A stretch of 64,000 nt of DNA, from contig CACAFI010000002.1 in assembly GCA_902531755.1 (NCBI GenBank), positions 12,321 through 76,320 of the forward strand. The letters run 5' to 3'. Both the position numbers and the translations under genes were made by a program. Of this stretch, positions 44,665 through 54,857 are shown one piece after another. The notes below the pieces were generated by a model. It was not told the origin of the DNA. It was given only the letters and a program-made list of their open reading frames with translations, and did not search any database. The DNA comes from an uncultured Alphaproteobacteria bacterium (GTDB taxonomy: Bacteria; Pseudomonadota; Alphaproteobacteria; Rhodobacterales; Rhodobacteraceae). Each line of letters begins with the position of its first letter. Position 1 is the first letter of the stretch.

Positions 44665-45687
44665 ATGAATAATGTTTTACTCGATGAACTAATTAGAGAT
44701 GAAAAAAAAATTGATAAAACCCTATACTCATCAGGTCCTTATTGGGAATATAAAAATAAAAGATCAATTTTAGAAATCAAAAAATTTGGTTTAAGAGATT
44801 TTAGAGGCATGTCTTCTGGTGTAGCTACGTCTTTTTCAGATAACATAGTTGCAAACCTAAAAATGGAGTTCAATGAGGCTGATTTTAGAGGACATTTGAT
44901 AAAGATAGTTTCATCTTTACCCATATTCAAATCTGTATTTAATGCTCAACTTAATATTACGACAAAATACGCAAATTCTTATTTGGAAAATAAGGCAATA
45001 GTGTATAAAAATAATGTTGGTGTAAGAAACCTTTTAAAAAAATATCAATTTAATAATACAACTAACTTTGGGTGCTTAACCAAATTTGAATATTTTAATA
45101 ATGATTATTCCTGTCACTACCTAGACCTTGCTCATAGGATCTCTGTGTTGTCTAAAAGCTTTAAATTTGAAGAAATTACAAGCTTTTTTGAAATAGGTGG
45201 CGGTTTTGGCGCGAATATACACTTTTTGCTTACAAATTTTCCAAACATAAAAAAAGTACTTTATTTAGATATCGTTCCAAATATTTATGTTGGAACAGAA
45301 TATTTGAGACATTTCTATAAAAACCAAGTTATTGATTATTCTCAATTAAGAAATCTTGAGGAAATAAGATTTACAGAAAATAATGAGCTTGAGATTTTGT
45401 GCGTTCCCCCGTGGTTAATAGAGAAGGTTAATGTAAAAGTAGACCATTTTCATAATGCGGCGAGCTTTGTGGAAATGCCAAAGGTTGTGATATTAAATTA
45501 CATTAAATTTGTCAAAAAATTCAGAACTAAAGGAATATCGCTTATTTCTTATGATAAGTTTGACCCAAACACTACTTTTAATCCAGAAAAAATAAATGAT
45601 CTATTCGATAAAAAGTTAAAAGTCTCTTGGAATAAGAACCTAATAGAAGATTACAATAGAAATTCTATTTATTTACTTTCTAAATAA
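44665..45687 (+). CDS. Putative sugar O-methyltransferase family protein
   Basis: 340 aa. The N-terminal SGPYWEYKNK and the central FFEIGGGFGANIHFLL SAM-binding-like motif resemble the putative sugar O-methyltransferase family found in glycan clusters. Confidence 0.6.
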   Translation: MNNVLLDELIRDEKKIDKTLYSSGPYWEYKNKRSILEIKKFGLRDFRGMSSGVATSFSDNIVANLKMEFNEADFRGHLIKIVSSLPIFKSVFNAQLNITTKYANSYLENKAIVYKNNVGVRNLLKKYQFNNTTNFGCLTKFEYFNNDYSCHYLDLAHRISVLSKSFKFEEITSFFEIGGGFGANIHFLLTNFPNIKKVLYLDIVPNIYVGTEYLRHFYKNQVIDYSQLRNLEEIRFTENNELEILCVPPWLIEKVNVKVDHFHNAASFVEMPKVVILNYIKFVKKFRTKGISLISYDKFDPNTTFNPEKINDLFDKKLKVSWNKNLIEDYNRNSIYLLSK

Positions 45688-45760
45688 ATAAGAAGTTAGA
45701 CCAATAGTATCAATTACTTCTAATACTTTTCCTGACTAATTTATTCAAATTTAGAATATA

Positions 45761-45808
45761 CCCTTAGTAATGGAGAGATCCAGAGTTCAAAGCTCTCCAG
45801 CAGCACCA
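45761..45808 (+). repeat. Degenerate direct repeat of the 3' 48 nt of tRNA-Thr (att-like scar)
   Basis: CCCTTAGTAATGGAGAGATCCAGAGTTCAAAGCTCTCCAGCAGCACCA versus tRNA positions 44384..44431, CCCTTGGTAAGGGAGAGGCCGAGAGTTCAAATCTCTCCGGCAGCACCA. 41 of 48 positions are identical, in the same orientation. Confidence 0.8.
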
Positions 45809-45956
45809 CTTATTAAAGGTTAGGTAAAATATTAATTTGTTTGAAAAACCGATCTTGTAAAATTTTAGCTTATTTTAAATCAAAAATTTTTGAAAATTTA
45901 ATTAAAGGATAGGGGCATATTTCTATACAACTTAGAGACCGACAGTAAATAATTAC

Positions 45957-46985
45957 CTACTTTCTACACGCTATTGTTATCTGGTTGCCAAAACCCATAT
46001 TCCTAATCTTGGAAGCCCCTAACACTCTTAAAATCAGTATCAAAACTTTGAATATTCTTATAAAAAAAATTGATGTAACAATTCTTCTTAAGAGATTTTG
46101 TAATTTAGTTCGCTTAAATTGACTGTTTGAATATTTATCAAAGTACTCGAGTGACGGATGCATTCCATCTAATAAAACTGCCGGATGAAATTTTGACTCT
46201 TTAATATCAGAAATATATTTAAATCCAGCTAACTTTAATGCATTTCGTATCGACGCATGTGTCCAATAGTTCAAGCATGGAGGTGCGAAATAATAATGCA
46301 ATAGATCGTTCTTTTTTACACAATATCCTTCAAAATTTGGATCAGACAATACAAAAACTCCCTCTTTAGAAAGATAGTTACGAACTTCCTCAAATATTTT
46401 CACTGGCTCCGGTAATAAACACGCAACATAATTCATCCAAATAACATCGAATTTATCACTTTCTGGTATACTTTTCATATTTACATAAGTAGGAACCCCA
46501 TAGTTGTCACTTACAATTTTCCTCAGATCTGGGTTTATTTCAACTGAACAGGCTTTCCAACCTAAAGACAGGGCAGCACCAATCATTTGCCCAGTACCAC
46601 TACCAAAATCTAAAAAATTCAATGGCTTTTTTAAATCGATGTAATTTTTTAACTCCCTATGTAAAAATCTTTTATCACTATTCAATTCTTTATTTTTTTG
46701 TGTAGCGCTAGAAACATCATATTTACGACTCCTGTCATCAAATCTACCTAGGTTGGATTTACCTGTAGGAAGTAGTCCACAAAAACTTAGCCCACACTCT
46801 AAACATTTTAAAACAGGAAATATATCGACTTTACCCCTCTCTAAAGTTTTACTATCATTACATACTGGGCATTGTCTTTTCTTAAATGCTTTCTTATCGA
46901 TTATTTTTCCTGATTGGAAATCACGAATAGTGTCTATTCCAGGTATTTTTACTACTAAATCAGAGTTTTTTTTTGCAAGTCTCAA
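45957..46985 (-). CDS. Class I SAM-dependent methyltransferase with N-terminal zinc-ribbon and hydrophobic C-terminus
   Basis: CPVCNDS...CLECGLSF zinc ribbon, motif I FLDFGSGTGQ, C-terminal IVTSIFFIRIFKVLILILRVL. TTG start. Confidence 0.75.
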   Translation of the reverse strand: MRLAKKNSDLVVKIPGIDTIRDFQSGKIIDKKAFKKRQCPVCNDSKTLERGKVDIFPVLKCLECGLSFCGLLPTGKSNLGRFDDRSRKYDVSSATQKNKELNSDKRFLHRELKNYIDLKKPLNFLDFGSGTGQMIGAALSLGWKACSVEINPDLRKIVSDNYGVPTYVNMKSIPESDKFDVIWMNYVACLLPEPVKIFEEVRNYLSKEGVFVLSDPNFEGYCVKKNDLLHYYFAPPCLNYWTHASIRNALKLAGFKYISDIKESKFHPAVLLDGMHPSLEYFDKYSNSQFKRTKLQNLLRRIVTSIFFIRIFKVLILILRVLGASKIRNMGFGNQITIACRK

Positions 46986-47352
46986 ATAGTTGCTCTCTCT
47001 AAACAGATTACAATTACAAGTTCGCTCTTTGGCACATTAAACATTTATTAAACTTTAAATATATAGCTTAGTTTTATAATACCCTCAACTTGTGCTCCTA
47101 TCATATTAAATGACGCAGATCAAAAGATTTCTATATCATGACGTAAGAGTGAACTTTCTTTTCAAATTTTCTAAAAGCCTTGTTCAATCATACCGCATAA
47201 AAGCAACGTGATTTATTAAAAAGCCTCACCTTTATCAAAATCAAATAAACATATAGGTTTTCTGTAAAAACTCGTAAAAAGATAAAAAACATTCAAGTAA
47301 TCTATCAATATTATTTCCATAGAAACGGCATAGAAACTGCATAAACAAAAGC

Positions 47353-47616
47353 ATGAAAAAAATTTCATTCATTATTGCTCTAGGTGTTTTAATTTCTTCT
47401 TGTACTAATAAAGAAATTTCCAAAGATATTAACAAGTTGGCTAATGAGGATTACTATCTTGGATTGCCTGGCTCTTCATTATTCTACAGAACGACTTCTC
47501 TAGAAACACAAGAAAAATACCATTATTCACAGTGCAAAAAAAAGATTTCAAGGAAAGACAAGTTGAGGATCGAGAGTTGTGTTAGCTCCTATTGGTTAAA
47601 AGCAAAGAGTTTGTAA
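47353..47616 (+). CDS. Small lipoprotein, function unknown
   Basis: Signal peptide with lipobox MKKISFIIALGVLISSC. Confidence 0.6.
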   Translation: MKKISFIIALGVLISSCTNKEISKDINKLANEDYYLGLPGSSLFYRTTSLETQEKYHYSQCKKKISRKDKLRIESCVSSYWLKAKSL

Positions 47617-47705
47617 GAAAAAAAGTTACAGTTTTTGCTATAATTTTAATTATTTTCGTCGAAATATATTGTTAGTGATTAAATTTAGCTTTCGAGATTA
47701 ATTTT

Positions 47706-49763
47706 ATGAAGAGAATAGACAATATATTTCTCTGGTATTTGCTGTTAGCATTACCTTTTTTGTTATTTTCTTTAGTTCTTCAAACACCTATAAATGCCCA
47801 AGAGGGTTCTTACTCTGAAAAAGCACAAAAAGTGTTAGATACTTATGATGCTGACGACCTAGATGTGTTTAAATTTTCAATAAATGATATTCTGAATGCC
47901 GTAGGAGATAATGTCGAAAATTCTAATGGGGATCCTACAATATTTGGACGGACGGATTATGGCAGTGAGTTTTTACTCGAAAATGAATTGAACACCTCAT
48001 CCTCAATTGAAATACCAGCATTCGTAATTGAAGATTTAGCAGAAAACCCGGTAGGTGATTACTTTCCACTCATTAGAAACGGAGCCATAGACTTATCAAT
48101 TGACTTCAAAGATTTGTATGACACTATAAATGGCCAGGCAATCACTCCTGAGATGGGTTTTGTAAAGCTCATGGAAACTGGCTCAAACCGATACACTAAC
48201 CTCATTGATGGAGATATTGTAGAATTTATTGTTCGACCATCAGCCTCATACTTTCAAAGTCATAATAGTGACACTTTATTCTTTATTGATAGACCAATTC
48301 CTGGAAACCCAGTAGTTAATTTATCACCCGGGGAAGAGGCAGTTACTTTACCGAGTGGTGAAGTAAAAATATATGTTACATCAGTCTATGTCCCTGCCCA
48401 AGCATCAAGGTTTGAACCAACCCAAATTGTAATGCCAGTATTAGCTGATGGCGACTATAATTATGAAATAGAGCCTGGTCCAGCCGAGACATTTTCTGAT
48501 GAAGTACAGGTTGTTGCAATACCAGACGAAGAAGCAGAAATTTTATCTAAAAAAGTGAAAGAAATAAAAAAAAAGAAAGCGAATCCATCCAATCGAAAAG
48601 ACGATGATAATCCTCCAGCTTTGGACCCGAGAATAGAGGCAATCATAAAATTAGAAATATTGCTTAAGAATGTCCAAAAAAGTCCAAACAAGTTGTTATT
48701 AGAAACGAAGAAAAATATTAAAAAAGAATTTCCAAATATGTCTAATGCGTTAATCAATTTAATCATAAATACAGCAACTACTGATGAAAAATTTAGCTTA
48801 ATGAGAAACCCGAAGAAATTTCTGGATAATGAGTTTTCTAAAATAAGTAACCCGCTAAAATTGAACTTAATTTTCGGCACTGATTTATCTCAGAATGAAC
48901 TAACAAAAATCTATAATCTTATTATTTTTAAATTCTCTACGGAGCTAACTAACTTGGGCTTTGATATACAAAAAAATCAGAAAATTAATTATTCTGTTGA
49001 TATAACAAATGTTGATCAAGTGCTCGAGCAAATCCAATTACAGGAAGACATAATGGCCACTATATCTTTACTTGCGCCAGATAGATACAATCAAGCCTTA
49101 TCCAATCTGCTAATTGACCCCATAAAAGTAAATCCAAATTCTTCTAACGCACTTTTTATGTCTAGCAAAAACCAAAGAGTTTTAGATCAAATCAAACGCA
49201 TTTCAGAAGTTATTAATTTCATCAATAATTCATCTAGCACGATCACGATAAGTGAAGATTTGCTAGACAATAGTATTCCTATAGTCGAGATAAATGTTAG
49301 TAAGGGTGAGCGCATAGCTAAGGCGTTAGAAAAAAAATATACCGAAGACAGGCGTCTGAACAGAAACTTTCAATCTCGGTCCTTAAGCTATAAACTTGAG
49401 AAATTGAACTTTGAGCTCATTCCAGAAAATAAAGTTTCAGCCCATCCTGCGTCACCACCTTTATTAGGAGAATTTCCAAATATAACCGATCAAGAGCTTC
49501 AATTGGTAGCTGAAACGACAGAAGCAACTAATAATATTTTAAACGATAGTATCAAAAGAATGCTAAAGGAGTTGGGAGATCTTTCAATGAGTGACGACAC
49601 TAGAACGTTTGTTTTATCAGAGAAAGACGGATATCTGCAGGACCAATTATCTTCTGCAAAAAAACAAGATATGGTTTTAAGTAACGCATTATTGTCAGCC
49701 AAGAGATTACAAGAAATAGAAGACATTAGAGCCATATTTGAAATACTAGGAATTGGCTCCTAA
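47706..49763 (+). CDS. Large secreted hypothetical protein (685 aa)
   Basis: N-terminal signal peptide (LLLALPFLLFSLVLQTPINAQE). The N-terminal half is acidic and Asn/Ser-rich, followed by a KKKK-PPALDP linker and a helical C-terminal half. No recognisable catalytic motif. Confidence 0.6.
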   Translation: MKRIDNIFLWYLLLALPFLLFSLVLQTPINAQEGSYSEKAQKVLDTYDADDLDVFKFSINDILNAVGDNVENSNGDPTIFGRTDYGSEFLLENELNTSSSIEIPAFVIEDLAENPVGDYFPLIRNGAIDLSIDFKDLYDTINGQAITPEMGFVKLMETGSNRYTNLIDGDIVEFIVRPSASYFQSHNSDTLFFIDRPIPGNPVVNLSPGEEAVTLPSGEVKIYVTSVYVPAQASRFEPTQIVMPVLADGDYNYEIEPGPAETFSDEVQVVAIPDEEAEILSKKVKEIKKKKANPSNRKDDDNPPALDPRIEAIIKLEILLKNVQKSPNKLLLETKKNIKKEFPNMSNALINLIINTATTDEKFSLMRNPKKFLDNEFSKISNPLKLNLIFGTDLSQNELTKIYNLIIFKFSTELTNLGFDIQKNQKINYSVDITNVDQVLEQIQLQEDIMATISLLAPDRYNQALSNLLIDPIKVNPNSSNALFMSSKNQRVLDQIKRISEVINFINNSSSTITISEDLLDNSIPIVEINVSKGERIAKALEKKYTEDRRLNRNFQSRSLSYKLEKLNFELIPENKVSAHPASPPLLGEFPNITDQELQLVAETTEATNNILNDSIKRMLKELGDLSMSDDTRTFVLSEKDGYLQDQLSSAKKQDMVLSNALLSAKRLQEIEDIRAIFEILGIGS

Positions 49764-49765
49764 AT

Positions 49766-51652
49766 TCAATCCCATTTAAAAATAAACTTGTCTAATACTC
49801 TACCAATCTCCTTTGTATCATTTGCATTGTTTTTGGTGATAATAGCAGTCAAGCCTCTTTTAGGATGGTCTATAACCTGTTCGACCTTTGCGGTAAGATC
49901 AGCCTTTTCTAACGCTTCGTTATAAACTCTGGTTATTGCTCTTTTTCTAAGTTCTGGTTTAAAAATCTTACCTATAGGTGTCTTTGGCATTTCGTCTACC
50001 AGCTCTAGATGTTTAGGGACTGCTGCCTTCTCTCCGATGTTATCTTCAGCGTGTTTAATTAGCTCACTAACTGTGACTTCTGATCCCTTGATAAGTTCTA
50101 CGTACGCACAGGGTAGTTCTCCAACCCGGGCGTCAGGCTGACCGATAACACCTGCCATAGCAACAGCTGGATGTGAAGCCAATGCCTCTTCGGCTAGTGC
50201 TGGGTCAATATTATGTCCACCTCGAATAATCAGGTCTTTTGCTCTACCAGTAATAAATAGGTACCCATCTTCATCAAGAAATCCCAAGTCTCCAGTTCGG
50301 AAAAAATCTTTTTTGTAATAAAGATCCTTATTTTTTTCTATATCAGTATATGTGTTTCCTGCAACAACACCAGGGTTAGCAACACATATCTCACCAGTCT
50401 CACCAGTCTTGCACTCCAATAGACTACCTTTCACATTTTCTTTAATGATTTTAATTTTTGTATAGGGTAGTGGAATTCCTACAGAACCAATCTTCCTTTC
50501 GCCTTCAATAGGGTTGACAGAAATATTGCATGTGGCTTCCGTCATACCGTAACCTTCTGTAATTTTTATACCCGTCGAAGACTCAAATTTTCTAAATAGC
50601 TCTACAGGCAACGGAGCAGACCCGCAAAGCGAGTACTTCAATGAAGACACATCTGCGTCTATTGGCCGTTGCATAAGCTCAGCAGCAGCAGTTGGTACTA
50701 TACTTAGGAAAGCAGGCTTCCATCTTTCTACAAGCTTCCAAAAATTGTCAAAAACACCATCTCCTCTATACCCCTGTGGCGTTAAAAATATAATGTGTGA
50801 TCCAGTAGCAAGCGAATTCATCAAATTTGGGTAAACTGCAAAAACATGAAACAACGGCAGAGGACATAAAACTGAATCTTTCTCACTCCAATCAGTCAGC
50901 ACTATATTAGTTACCCAACCTTGATACAGCATACCATTGAGTGTATGTTGAGCTAACTTTGGGGTTCCTGTTGTACCCCCTGTATGAAACATGGCAGCAG
51001 TTCTATCTTCATTATCGTCTTTGAACGATAAAGAGGTTCCCGATTGAGACGAAAGAAGATCGTCAAACGCAATTACAGTTGCAGAGTGCTTAGAAGCAAC
51101 CTTCGGTCTGATTAAAGGAGCTATCCAACTTTTTGGGAAGCTTAGGTATCTTACCAAGTCAACTTCGACAAGATGCGTCACATCAGGACATTGCTCTAGG
51201 GCCTCTGCAACCTTTTGCGCCACATCAGTTTTTGGAAGAGCTTTCATACTTACTACTACTTTCACACCAGCTAGATTAAGTATGCCCGCGATTTGCTTTG
51301 GTTCTAAAAGCGGGCTAATAGGTACCACGACTCCAGCGGCTGTACCTGCTACAAATGTCACTACTGCTTCGGTGCAAATTGGCAATATGTAAGCAATTTT
51401 ATGTTTTTGGGAAACACCAAGCGATTTAAATCCGTTTGCAGCCTGTGTCACCCGCGCTAATAATTGTCCCCAGTTTAGTGTTTCTGCCTTTGCTTTTGGG
51501 TCTGAGTCTAATTGAAAGGATACAGCCGGTTTGCCTTGATGTTTTGTTACTGTTCTGGAAAGCAAGGCATAAACGCTTTTTGCATCAAGTCTTTTTTCAA
51601 AAGGCATTTCTGCTTCTATTTTTTCAGAGCTGGCTACAGTATCCCATTTCAT
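49766..51652 (-). CDS. Acyl-CoA synthetase (AMP-forming, ANL superfamily)
   Basis: AMP-binding motifs MFHTGGTTGTPK, EGYGMTE and TGDLGFLDEDGYLFITGRAKD. Confidence 0.9.
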   Translation of the reverse strand: MKWDTVASSEKIEAEMPFEKRLDAKSVYALLSRTVTKHQGKPAVSFQLDSDPKAKAETLNWGQLLARVTQAANGFKSLGVSQKHKIAYILPICTEAVVTFVAGTAAGVVVPISPLLEPKQIAGILNLAGVKVVVSMKALPKTDVAQKVAEALEQCPDVTHLVEVDLVRYLSFPKSWIAPLIRPKVASKHSATVIAFDDLLSSQSGTSLSFKDDNEDRTAAMFHTGGTTGTPKLAQHTLNGMLYQGWVTNIVLTDWSEKDSVLCPLPLFHVFAVYPNLMNSLATGSHIIFLTPQGYRGDGVFDNFWKLVERWKPAFLSIVPTAAAELMQRPIDADVSSLKYSLCGSAPLPVELFRKFESSTGIKITEGYGMTEATCNISVNPIEGERKIGSVGIPLPYTKIKIIKENVKGSLLECKTGETGEICVANPGVVAGNTYTDIEKNKDLYYKKDFFRTGDLGFLDEDGYLFITGRAKDLIIRGGHNIDPALAEEALASHPAVAMAGVIGQPDARVGELPCAYVELIKGSEVTVSELIKHAEDNIGEKAAVPKHLELVDEMPKTPIGKIFKPELRKRAITRVYNEALEKADLTAKVEQVIDHPKRGLTAIITKNNANDTKEIGRVLDKFIFKWD

Positions 51653-51723
51653 TATTTATCCCCCATGTTTTTTCTTATACCATAAGCTTCAAATCATATT
51701 GGTTTTAAAAAAAAGTTCAAGCA

Positions 51724-53514
51724 TTACAAGAGTTGAAGCTCAGCTAATTTTTTGTACTTTTTATTAGCTCTTATTAATTCTTTGTGAGAGCCCTCGTTCT
51801 CTACCCGTCCTTTCTCCAGAAAAAGTATCCTATCAGCATTTTTTACAGTTGAAAGACGATGAGCAATTACAATTATAGTTTTATTGCCAGAAATATTATC
51901 AATTGCTGTCTTTATTGCATTTTCTGATATGGCATCGAGAGAAGAGGTTGCTTCATCAAGAAGGAGAATTGGAGAGTCTCTTAATATAGCTCGTGCTATG
52001 GCTATCCTTTGTTTTTGCCCAACCGAGATTAATAATCCCCTCTCACCCAAAATGGTCTTGTATCCCTGAGGTAACTCCTTTATGAATTCTTCTGCACAGG
52101 CTAGTTTTGCTGCCTGTTCAACTTCTTCCAATGATGCGTTTACCCTTCCTATGCGAATATTTTCTATAACTGATTTAGAAAAAATAACAGGTTCTTGAGG
52201 CACATAGGCTATTTGTTGCCTCAAATGAATTTTAGATATCTTATCAATTTGGTAGGTATCGATTGAAATAGTCCCTTCAGTAGTATCATATAATCTCTGT
52301 ATTAATTGAAAGAAGGTCGTCTTCCCTGCCCCAGAGAGACCAACCAAAGCAACCTTTTCATTTTTGTGTATTGTGAGATTAGGAATATCCAAAGCAAGAA
52401 TTTCTTTTCTCATCGGATAAGAAAATTTTACCTTTTTAAAAGTAATAGATCCCTTTATTGGAGTTTTGACCAGAATGGGTTTACTGGGTTCTTCTACTGC
52501 ATCCAATGTATTTAAAATTTCTTCTATTCTATCCAAGGCACCTAAAAATTTGCTAATCTCCCCATAGGTTTCAGTTATTGCCCCAACACTTACCCCTACA
52601 ACCAAAGAATAAAGACAAAATTGCAGCAATTCACCTATCGAAAAACTACCTCTCTCAACGTCTTTAAGTCCTGACCAAACAACAAAAGAAATAGCTAAAA
52701 AAACTAAAATGATAATGAGAAAAATCATTGTGGATCTTGCCAAAACACGCGTTTTAGACTTAAGATAACTATCCTCAATAATATCTCTATATTCTTTTGT
52801 AGCATGCTGTTGATAACTGTTGGTTTGAATTGTTGTTGCCGCAAAAATATATTCAGATGCCAGCCCTGCACTATCGGCCAATTTATCTTGTGTTTGACGA
52901 GTTAATTTTCTTAAAAATCTTCCAAAGTATAGTAATGGAAAAATTATTATTGGTATAATGAGAAGAGAAAATGACGCCAACTTCATCGATGTAGAAAACA
53001 TTAGAACGATTCCTCCCAAGAAGAGTAATGTATTCCTTACAGCCAAAGATAGCGTGGAGCCAGCAACACTTTGAACAAGAGTCGTATCTGCATTCATCCT
53101 AGATACTAAATCACCAGTAAGCGTCTTCTCAAAGAAATTTGGGCTTAAATTTATAATTTGATCAAATAGTGCTTGCCTTAGATCAGAGACTAATCGTTCT
53201 CCAAGTAATGTTATCAGATAAAAACGAATAGCAGTTCCAAAGGCTGCAACTGCGACCAAAACACAACTGAAATATAGATATTTTTGTCCGGTTTCAATAT
53301 TAAACACATATCCGTCAACAATGTAACGTGCCATTATTGGAAGCGATAATGTTATAAGTACTGTCAGAAGAAGAAATATCAGGGCTCCCAATGCCCAAAA
53401 TGAGTGTGGTTTAAGAATTCGAAAAAATAGATTCTTCAACTGATATTTTTTTGGTTTTTGTAGGTTTTTATCTTTATTATTCACAGAATTTGATCTCAAC
53501 TTTGTTATATACAA
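51724..53514 (-). CDS. ABC transporter, fused permease/ATPase (ABCB/MsbA-like)
   Basis: TM half followed by Walker A GLSGAGKTT, signature ISVGQKQR and Walker B ILLLDEATS. The start is ambiguous, with several TTG/GTG candidates. Confidence 0.9.
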   Translation of the reverse strand: MYITKLRSNSVNNKDKNLQKPKKYQLKNLFFRILKPHSFWALGALIFLLLTVLITLSLPIMARYIVDGYVFNIETGQKYLYFSCVLVAVAAFGTAIRFYLITLLGERLVSDLRQALFDQIINLSPNFFEKTLTGDLVSRMNADTTLVQSVAGSTLSLAVRNTLLFLGGIVLMFSTSMKLASFSLLIIPIIIFPLLYFGRFLRKLTRQTQDKLADSAGLASEYIFAATTIQTNSYQQHATKEYRDIIEDSYLKSKTRVLARSTMIFLIIILVFLAISFVVWSGLKDVERGSFSIGELLQFCLYSLVVGVSVGAITETYGEISKFLGALDRIEEILNTLDAVEEPSKPILVKTPIKGSITFKKVKFSYPMRKEILALDIPNLTIHKNEKVALVGLSGAGKTTFFQLIQRLYDTTEGTISIDTYQIDKISKIHLRQQIAYVPQEPVIFSKSVIENIRIGRVNASLEEVEQAAKLACAEEFIKELPQGYKTILGERGLLISVGQKQRIAIARAILRDSPILLLDEATSSLDAISENAIKTAIDNISGNKTIIVIAHRLSTVKNADRILFLEKGRVENEGSHKELIRANKKYKKLAELQLL

Positions 53515-53699
53515 TTTCGAAGATTATTAATTTACTGGCAAGTTTCCTAAAATATTTCAAGTCAGCAGAAATATAACAACTTTCAAGGCTTCTTTCTTTA
53601 TGAAAAATAGTGAAATATTAATTAAATCCAAGATAATTTTATATTGTAATTATTATTTTCATTGTATGGAATTAAAAGTCATGATTTTCTTGAGATAAT

Positions 53700-54857
53700 A
53701 TGGAAAATAAGCCAACCCACAACATTGATGTTTCAAAGTTTAAACGCAACCCATACCCAGACCTACAGGAAATGCGTTCTGTTAATCCTATCTGCTTTGT
53801 TCCCCAACTTAATGCAACAATGATTTGTGATAGAGACTCAATCTATGAATGTGAAAAGAATATAAATGTGTTTTCTTCGGTTCAGCCTCAAGGACTTATG
53901 ACGATTTTAATGGGGCAAAATATGATGCGAAAAGATGGAAAAGACCATTCGAAGGAAAGAAGAACAATATTCAAAACCATTTCCCCAAAAACATCCCGAG
54001 ACCATTGGAGAGATAAGTTTGAGGCAATAGCAGATAATATAATCGATAAAATAAAAAAGCTAAAATCTGGGGATCTTCTGACATTATATGCCAAAGAGTT
54101 ATCTGCAGAATGTCTTAAATTAGTTACAGGCCTTACTAACATGACGGCGGCAGAAATGGATAGAGTGAGCCAGGGCATGATTGATGGCTGTTCTAATTAT
54201 ACTGGGGATAACGATATTGAGAAGTACTGTAATAACTGCACAGAAAGTATAGATTCACATATTAATGAAATAGTCGGCGATACGAACAGAAACTCTGATT
54301 TTTCAATGATTAGTACCATGCTAGAAGGCAATCTCAGCGCAGATCAGATTAGCGCCAATATCAAACTAGCAATTTCTGGAGGGCAAAATGAACCACGTGA
54401 TGCAATTGCTGGATGTATATGGGCCGCTTTAAACTTTGGACTAAAAGAACATTTACTTAAAAAGAAAAACTGGGATCAATTATTTAATGAATATTGCCGT
54501 TGGATGTCTCCCATAGGAATGTCTCCAAGAGAAATTGCGAAAGATTATTCATATAAGAATGCTTTCTTTAAAAAAGGGGATCGAGTATTCCTAATGTTTT
54601 CTTCTGCAAATAGGGATGAAAAAGTGTTTACTGATGCTGATGACTTCGTCTTAGAACGAGATTGTTCAAAATCAATACATTTTGGTGCGGGACCTCACTA
54701 TTGCGCGGGTGCATCAATTGCAAGCACTATGATAAGCTTAGTTGCTTTACCTAAATTATTCTTGGCATTGCCAAAAATCAGACTGGTTGAAAAAGAAAAG
54801 TATGATTTTGACGGCTGGGCTTTTAGAGGAATAACCTCTCTTGAATGTGCGTGGTAA
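53700..54857 (+). CDS. Cytochrome P450
   Basis: Heme-thiolate loop FGAGPHYCAGASIA, I-helix-like AISGGQNEPRD, EXXR-like region. Confidence 0.85.
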   Translation: MENKPTHNIDVSKFKRNPYPDLQEMRSVNPICFVPQLNATMICDRDSIYECEKNINVFSSVQPQGLMTILMGQNMMRKDGKDHSKERRTIFKTISPKTSRDHWRDKFEAIADNIIDKIKKLKSGDLLTLYAKELSAECLKLVTGLTNMTAAEMDRVSQGMIDGCSNYTGDNDIEKYCNNCTESIDSHINEIVGDTNRNSDFSMISTMLEGNLSADQISANIKLAISGGQNEPRDAIAGCIWAALNFGLKEHLLKKKNWDQLFNEYCRWMSPIGMSPREIAKDYSYKNAFFKKGDRVFLMFSSANRDEKVFTDADDFVLERDCSKSIHFGAGPHYCAGASIASTMISLVALPKLFLALPKIRLVEKEKYDFDGWAFRGITSLECAW

